Below are positions 58,339 through 64,000 of a DNA stretch of 64,000 bases, in pieces. The stretch spans positions 6,708 to 70,707 of the forward strand of contig JAJCYG010000036.1 in assembly GCA_029263055.1 (NCBI GenBank), read 5' to 3'. Position 1 is the first letter of the stretch; each line of letters opens with the position of its first letter. The stretch comes from Actinomycetes bacterium (GTDB taxonomy: Bacteria; Auribacterota; JAJCYG01). The position numbers and the translations under genes were made by a program. Under the pieces are notes generated by a model. That model saw nothing but the letters and a program-made list of their open reading frames with translations, did no database searches and was not told where the DNA came from.

Positions 58339-59328
58339 ATGAAAATTTGTTTTCTCATCCAGCGCTTTGATAAGCCTAGCAGTCGTTATCGCGTTCTTCA
58401 ATTTCTTCCAGAGCTTGAAGCTGCTGGTTTTGATGTTGAAGTAATGGAAACCTCTGGAAAGTTTTGGCAACGACTTAAAGTTTTAAAAAAAGCGCAACAA
58501 TTCCCTCTCGTGTTTATTCAAAAAAAATTATTCCATGCTTTTGAGTTGAAATGGCTCAAGGCAAAAGGGGCGCAGCTCTTTTATGATTTTGACGATGCGA
58601 TTATGTTTCGGCATAAACCTGTTCCTGGAAGTTATTCTGCAACGCGCCATAAAGAATTTGTTTCTATGGTCAATGCCTGTCAAAAAGTTTTTGCGGGTAA
58701 TCATTTCTTAGAAGAAAAAGTTAAAGAGCTTTCAGGCGATGCTGTTTATTTGCCTACAGTGGTTGATTTGGATCAACATCGGATGAAGACAAATTGGGGT
58801 GACTTGCAGTCTATTACACTCGGATGGTTGGGAAGCCCTTCTACATTAATTTATTTAGATCAAATACTACCTGCTCTAACCGAGTTGTCTAAAAAATACC
58901 TACAGATTGAATTAAAAGTTGTTTCAAGTGCTTTTCCTGAAGTGAATGGTTTGCCGTTGATTAAAAAAGAGTGGTCTAAAGAAGAGGAAGAAGCTGATCT
59001 GCATTCGTTTGACATTGGGCTTGCCCCTTTAAATAATGATCCCTGGTGTGAGGGGAAATGCGGATTGAAGTTGTTGCAGTATATGGCGTGTGGATTGCCT
59101 ACAGTGAGTTCTCCTTTTGGAGGCCAACGCGATATCATTGAAGATGGAAAAAATGGGTTTTCAGCTAAGACGCTTGATGAGTGGCAAGAGAAGTGTGCAA
59201 CATTGATTGAAGATGTGGCTAAGAGAGAATCACTCGGTCGTGAGGCAAGAAAAACAGTTGAAGAAAAATTTTCAAAAAAGCAAGCAAGTCAAAAATTAAT
59301 TCAGGTGTTAAATGAAGTCAAAAATTGA
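58339..59328 (+). CDS. GT4 glycosyltransferase
   Basis: SSRYR, YDFDDAI, GWLGS, GKCGLKLLQYMACGLP. Confidence 0.9.
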   Translation: MKICFLIQRFDKPSSRYRVLQFLPELEAAGFDVEVMETSGKFWQRLKVLKKAQQFPLVFIQKKLFHAFELKWLKAKGAQLFYDFDDAIMFRHKPVPGSYSATRHKEFVSMVNACQKVFAGNHFLEEKVKELSGDAVYLPTVVDLDQHRMKTNWGDLQSITLGWLGSPSTLIYLDQILPALTELSKKYLQIELKVVSSAFPEVNGLPLIKKEWSKEEEEADLHSFDIGLAPLNNDPWCEGKCGLKLLQYMACGLPTVSSPFGGQRDIIEDGKNGFSAKTLDEWQEKCATLIEDVAKRESLGREARKTVEEKFSKKQASQKLIQVLNEVKN

Positions 59329-60292
59329 TGTGAGCATTTGTATTGTTAATTGGAATGCTGGAGATTTTTTGGGTCGATGCTTAAAGTCTATCCAAGAGAC
59401 AACGGCGAATCTTTCTTGCGAAACGCTTGTGGTGGATAATGCTTCATCAGATGGTTCCCAAATTGGCATTGCAGAAAAATATCGCAATGTCACGCTCATT
59501 GAAAATAAAGATAACCGTGGGTTTGCCACAGCAAACAATCAAGCGTTAGACATTTCAAAAGGGGAGTGGGTCTTTTTTCTTAATCCTGATACAGAGTTGT
59601 TGCCGCATTGTTTAGATGATTTGCTTCTGTATTTAAAAGAACATTCTAGTGTGGGGATTGTTGCCCCAAAGTTGCTTAATTCAGATGGATCAATACAGCG
59701 TTCTGTGCGCCGCTTTCCTAATTTTAAAACAGCCTTTTACCGTTATACGTTTTTAAAAAAACTAGGTCTGTTTAAAAAGGATGAATTGCTGAATAAAATG
59801 AAGGGGTTTGATTTTTCTAAAGAGCAGTCTGTGGAACAACCTGCGGGAGCCGCTCTTTTTATGCGCAAAGATCTTTTGGATAAAGTGGGCTGGATGGATC
59901 CCGAGTTCTTTCTCTTTTATGAAGAGGTTGATCTTTGCTATCGAGTAAAAAATAGAGGCTATGAGATTACTTATTATCCTAAAGCAGAAGCAATACACCA
60001 TAGTGGAAAGTCGCGGCAGAAAAATAGAAAGAATATCTTTTTGCCCACTGTAAAGAGCCTTTTTCACTATTTTAATAAAAATGTAGGCATTAAACAGACT
60101 CGTCGTTTTAAGTGGGTCTTTAAACCCTTATTTATTCTTTCAACCATTTGGGATGTGTTGGAAGAAGCGCTCTCTTATCTTGTTTACCGAATCAAAAAAG
60201 ATGAGTATAGAGCAAATCGTAAAAAACAACTTTTTTCATTAAAAGCAGAATTCTTAAAAAAAGATCTGTTTGAATTTTTATTTAAGGCCTAA
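59312..60292 (+). CDS. GT2 glycosyltransferase (WbbL-like)
   Basis: IVNWN, VVDNASSD, GFATANN, LNPDT, FFLFYEEVD. Confidence 0.9.
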   Translation: MKSKIDVSICIVNWNAGDFLGRCLKSIQETTANLSCETLVVDNASSDGSQIGIAEKYRNVTLIENKDNRGFATANNQALDISKGEWVFFLNPDTELLPHCLDDLLLYLKEHSSVGIVAPKLLNSDGSIQRSVRRFPNFKTAFYRYTFLKKLGLFKKDELLNKMKGFDFSKEQSVEQPAGAALFMRKDLLDKVGWMDPEFFLFYEEVDLCYRVKNRGYEITYYPKAEAIHHSGKSRQKNRKNIFLPTVKSLFHYFNKNVGIKQTRRFKWVFKPLFILSTIWDVLEEALSYLVYRIKKDEYRANRKKQLFSLKAEFLKKDLFEFLFKA

Positions 60293-60294
60293 TT

Positions 60295-61539
60295 ATGCGT
60301 CTTTTTCATAAAATTTATATGAGTCTATTTTTTCTAGCTCTCACCGCTCTTTTGTTAAGAGGGAAGGCGTTAAAATGGTCTGTGGGCTCTATTGATATTA
60401 GTTGTTCTTCTGTTAAAAATATCCTCTTTGTTTTATTGGGACTCGGCCTTGTGTTTTTTATCACATCAAAAATGTGGCAAAAGATTAACTGGAAATCACC
60501 TCTTTTGATTTGCAGTGGTCTGGCTTTATCTATATCGGTTTTCTTCTCTGAAAACATTGGAGAGAGTGGGGCTACATTGGGTGTGGTTGCTTGTTATGTG
60601 GGATTCTACTTTATAGTACGGGGCATTCTCCAAACAAAGCAGCATTTGATTTGGTTGATTGCTCTGTGGAGCGTGCTCTCGGTTTTTGTTTGTTTCTTTA
60701 ATATCGGCTATTTTTCATATGTGGCTCTGAATTCGCCCGTGGTCCCCATCTTAGAAGACTTTCCTTTTTGGCCTGGTAAAAATATGCAGGGTATCTTCTT
60801 GGTTTTAAACGCTTCCTTAGCACTGGGGATATTATTAGAAGCAAAAGATCTTAAGAAATCGATTCGATTGTGGGCCTTTTTTGTTCTCTTAGTCAATTTA
60901 GCTGCACTGACCATTACATTTTCTCGAGGAGCCTGGGTAGCTATGGTGGCGGTCTTTGTGGTGCTTATTTTTCACCGCCCTAAAATATTTGCTCCTTTAT
61001 TTGGAATTGGAATCGTGTTGTTTTTGTTCTTTGCTCCTTATGGTTTAAAAGGGCGATTGACTTCTATTGTTGATCTTAAAGAACACAATATTCAAGAGCG
61101 TTTTAATATTTGGCAAAGTGGCTGGGATATGGTTCAAGACCATCCGTTTACCGGCGTTGGTTTGGGTAATTTTTACGAGCAGTATGTGAACAAGTATAAA
61201 ATGGATGGTATTCGATTAGAATGGGCAGGGGAACATGCTCATAATCTTTTCTTACATGTGCTTGCTGAGATGGGGCCTTTAGGGCTCATTGTTTTGCTTT
61301 GGTTGTTTCTTCGATTCTTTATTCAAGGGTGTCGTAACTATGCTCAACAAGAAGACCTCACTTTAAAGGCAATTATTTTTGGAGCCAAGCTTGCTTGTGT
61401 TGGCTTCTTTGTTTATTCATGGGTTGATTCCACATTTAATGGAAATTTTTCTCATACATCAATGTTTCACGTAAATTTATGTTTTATGATTATTCTTGCA
61501 CTTATGGTATTTAAATGGCCGAAATCTCAATCATCATAG
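60295..61539 (+). CDS. O-antigen ligase family protein (WaaL-like)
   Basis: TFSRGAW, ERFNIW, HPFTGVGLG, HAHNLFL; multi-TM. Confidence 0.9.
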   Translation: MRLFHKIYMSLFFLALTALLLRGKALKWSVGSIDISCSSVKNILFVLLGLGLVFFITSKMWQKINWKSPLLICSGLALSISVFFSENIGESGATLGVVACYVGFYFIVRGILQTKQHLIWLIALWSVLSVFVCFFNIGYFSYVALNSPVVPILEDFPFWPGKNMQGIFLVLNASLALGILLEAKDLKKSIRLWAFFVLLVNLAALTITFSRGAWVAMVAVFVVLIFHRPKIFAPLFGIGIVLFLFFAPYGLKGRLTSIVDLKEHNIQERFNIWQSGWDMVQDHPFTGVGLGNFYEQYVNKYKMDGIRLEWAGEHAHNLFLHVLAEMGPLGLIVLLWLFLRFFIQGCRNYAQQEDLTLKAIIFGAKLACVGFFVYSWVDSTFNGNFSHTSMFHVNLCFMIILALMVFKWPKSQSS

Positions 61540-62459
61540 TTAACTGGAACACCGTTCAGTTGCTGCAGAAATCTCTTCAATCGATAGAGGGTTTGAAGAG
61601 CTCTCTATCGATTGAAACGATTGTGGTTGATAATGGTTCTTCTGATGAAAGTGTGGCTTTGGTTAAAGAAAAGTTTCCAAAAGTTCTCCTTATAGCCAAT
61701 TCAAAAAATGAGGGATTTGCTACAGCCGTTAATCAAGGACTTCAGAAAAGCCAAGGGCAATCCATTTTATTGCTTAATAGTGATGCGCAATTAGTTGAAG
61801 GAACCTTGGAAAAATTAAAGAAAGTTTTAGATTCAGAGCCTAAAATAGGGATGGTTGGAGCTGATTTAGTTTATGAAGATGGCCGTCATCAAAATTCAAT
61901 CGATCATTTTCCCAACTTGGCAACAGAGCTCTTTAATAAAAGTGTGCTGAAACTCTTTTTTTCTAAGTGGTATCCTGGCAAACGTTCAGGTTTTGATCAG
62001 CCGATTAAAGTCCCTTCGTTGATAGGGGCAGGTCTCTTTCTTAAAAGAAAAATGGTTGAAGAGATAGGTCTCTTGGATGAAGGTTATTTTTTCTTTTTAG
62101 AAGAGACAGACTGGTGTTATCGAATGAGACAGCAGGGATGGACGTCATTCTTTGTTCCTGAAGCTAAAATTATTCATCTTCAAGGGCAAAGTGCTAAAAA
62201 GCATCCGTGGCGTTCACGTGTTGAATTTTATCGTTCACGTTATCGTTTCTTTAGAAAGAACTATGGTTTCTTTTCATATTTGATTTTGCTTGTTGGATTG
62301 AATATTCGTATTTTGTTGGAGCTTCTATTTACAGGATTAGTTGTGTTACTTTCATTAGGGTTTTGGCGTGATGGTCGAAAACGATTTTCACGTTATGCTG
62401 CTTTATTGGGTTGGCATCTTATGGGGTGCCCAAAAAAGATGGGGCTTTCGGTTTTGTGA
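61515..62459 (+). CDS. GT2 glycosyltransferase
   Basis: IVNWN, VVDNGSSD, LLNSD, FFFLEETDW. Confidence 0.9.
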   Translation: MAEISIIIVNWNTVQLLQKSLQSIEGLKSSLSIETIVVDNGSSDESVALVKEKFPKVLLIANSKNEGFATAVNQGLQKSQGQSILLLNSDAQLVEGTLEKLKKVLDSEPKIGMVGADLVYEDGRHQNSIDHFPNLATELFNKSVLKLFFSKWYPGKRSGFDQPIKVPSLIGAGLFLKRKMVEEIGLLDEGYFFFLEETDWCYRMRQQGWTSFFVPEAKIIHLQGQSAKKHPWRSRVEFYRSRYRFFRKNYGFFSYLILLVGLNIRILLELLFTGLVVLLSLGFWRDGRKRFSRYAALLGWHLMGCPKKMGLSVL

Positions 62460-64000
62460 TGAAAAATGAAACAGTAGAGATTAATACAAAAGGGGTTTTG
62501 TGGCATACCACAGAAGAGTATCGTTTTTTAATCGATGCTCTAGATGGAACCTTGGCTCAAGTTGAGAAAAAAGATGTGGTGAAGAGTTCTTCTATTCGTC
62601 GTGTGGTTACAGTTAAGATCCCTCGAGAAAACGACGAATTTGAAATTTTTGTCAAACACCATCGTCTGCCTTGGAAAGAGGCGCTAAAAGATTTGCTCCA
62701 TATATCAAAGGCTAGGAATGAGTGGAAGTTTACGCATCAAATATCAGACCTTCAAATTAAGACTGTTGTCCCTCTAGCGATGGGTGAAAAGAGAAAATAT
62801 GGTCTTTTGCGTGAAAGTTATTTTATTTCAAAACGTATTCCTAAATGTGAGACTTTGCATGAATTTGTGATGAAGGAATCTGAAAAAAAACATGATTTAT
62901 CTTTTATAAAATGGAAAAGAAAACTGATCAAAGATTTGGCTATAATGCTTTCTGATATCCATAAAAAAGGAATTGAGCACAGAGATTTGCATGCAGGTAA
63001 TATCTTAATTGAATGGATAAATGATAAAGAATATAAATTAAGACTTTTAGATTTAGATCGAGCCCATATTTATCCGAAGCTTTCATTTAAAAAGAGAATG
63101 GTTGAGCTGACTCTTTTTAATATGTTTTTTACGCTATTTATTAGTCGAACAGATCGTCTTCGGTTTTTTAAAGAGTACTATCGACAGGATCCAAATCCTT
63201 GGCGTGGGTATCAAAGAGGGGCTCGTCAAGTTGAGGCAAAAACATTTAAAATGGTAAACAAGCTTTACCGCCGACGAGATAGAATGTGCCTTCGTCGAAA
63301 TAAGTATTTTTCTCGATTTTTAGTTGGGTCTATTTCAGGTTATTGCCGAAAAGAACCTGCTCAAACAGCGTTACTCGATCTTTTGAAACACCCTGAAGAT
63401 CTTTTAGACCCTATTCATTCAGAGCCGATTAAAAAGGCGAGTGAGAAATCAGTTCGTAAGTATCCACTTAAATTAAAAGATAAAACTTTGGATGTGGTCA
63501 TTAAGAGTTATCAAACAGCAGATCGGTTTGGTCGATTTAAAGATCTTTTTAGAAATTCTCGAGCCAAGCGAAGTTGGATTGCCGCCAATGCGCTTTATCA
63601 AAGAAAAATTCCAACTTCTTTTCCGCTTGCTTGTTTTACAGAAAACCGGTGGAGCTTTTCTAAAAAAAGTTATTTTATTTCAGAGTTTATCCCAACAGCA
63701 TCGGTTTTAGTTCTTTATTTCAATAACCGATTTAAAGGACCTTTAAGTAAAGAAGAGCGCTTTATCAAAAAAAGACTTTTAACTCAATTTGCGCGCTTTG
63801 TGCGCCACATTCATGAACTGTGGATCTATCATGGAGATTTAAAAGCGAGCAATATCCTAATTGAAGAAACATCACCGGGAGAGTTTCAATTCTATCTCAT
63901 TGATTTAGATCATGTAAAAATCTGCTGCACCATTAATCGTTTTCAACGCTATCGTAATTTAATGCAGGTCAATAAGTCCTTTTTAGACCGCTCAGCCCTT
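62459..64000 (+). CDS. Tandem two-domain Kdo/WaaP-family LPS kinase, 3' end outside window
   Basis: Not in the ORF track. ATG at 62459 (TGATG overlap). Translation contains HRDLHAGNIL...LLDLD...DRLRF and a second domain HGDLKASNIL...LIDLD. Confidence 0.88.
   Translation, partial: MKNETVEINTKGVLWHTTEEYRFLIDALDGTLAQVEKKDVVKSSSIRRVVTVKIPRENDEFEIFVKHHRLPWKEALKDLLHISKARNEWKFTHQISDLQIKTVVPLAMGEKRKYGLLRESYFISKRIPKCETLHEFVMKESEKKHDLSFIKWKRKLIKDLAIMLSDIHKKGIEHRDLHAGNILIEWINDKEYKLRLLDLDRAHIYPKLSFKKRMVELTLFNMFFTLFISRTDRLRFFKEYYRQDPNPWRGYQRGARQVEAKTFKMVNKLYRRRDRMCLRRNKYFSRFLVGSISGYCRKEPAQTALLDLLKHPEDLLDPIHSEPIKKASEKSVRKYPLKLKDKTLDVVIKSYQTADRFGRFKDLFRNSRAKRSWIAANALYQRKIPTSFPLACFTENRWSFSKKSYFISEFIPTASVLVLYFNNRFKGPLSKEERFIKKRLLTQFARFVRHIHELWIYHGDLKASNILIEETSPGEFQFYLIDLDHVKICCTINRFQRYRNLMQVNKSFLDRSAL

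Noticed and set aside
1850..63710. Many short ORFs in the track overlapping long genes (e.g. 1850-2044, 10140-10406, 20066-20401, 34771-35097, 46076-46381, 63492-63710)
   Set aside because: Antisense or off-frame shadows of well-supported genes, without recognisable motifs.

Overview
Gene-dense, AT-rich bacterial chromosomal window from a diderm, probably uncultured lineage (LPS genes, PEP-CTERM proteins). No rRNA, tRNA, CRISPR array or transposase was seen. Left to right: (1) an unusual minus-strand operon running off the left edge: SDR reductase-SCP2 fusion, MMPL exporter, GriC/EhpF-like adenylating enzyme, MqnD-like protein and U32 protein; (2) an OmpR regulator/kinase pair with ArnT-like transferase and purple acid phosphatase; (3) a PhcB-like methyltransferase with a double hybrid kinase, plus a distant PhcQ/PhcR-like regulator at 47.5 kb, possibly a fatty-acid-methyl-ester quorum-sensing circuit; (4) K+ transport, msrB, dcd, a PAS kinase and an MFS transporter; (5) an Rrf2-sufBCDSU operon with a double IscR-type operator; (6) a BrnT-type TA pair and two PEP-CTERM proteins with a near-identical anchor-coding segment; (7) gltA, a betaine/ergothioneine-type ABC importer, thiol/redox genes, and egtBD followed by an unannotated 40-aa lipoprotein; (8) an LPS core/O-antigen cluster with a Kdo-kinase/lipid A acyltransferase fusion. 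Sequence-level signals include REP-like elements, C-rich operon ends with G-rich operon starts and no visible hairpin terminators, internal Shine-Dalgarno restarts behind signal peptides, and a probable CTG start. All family calls come from motif recognition by eye; no database search was run.
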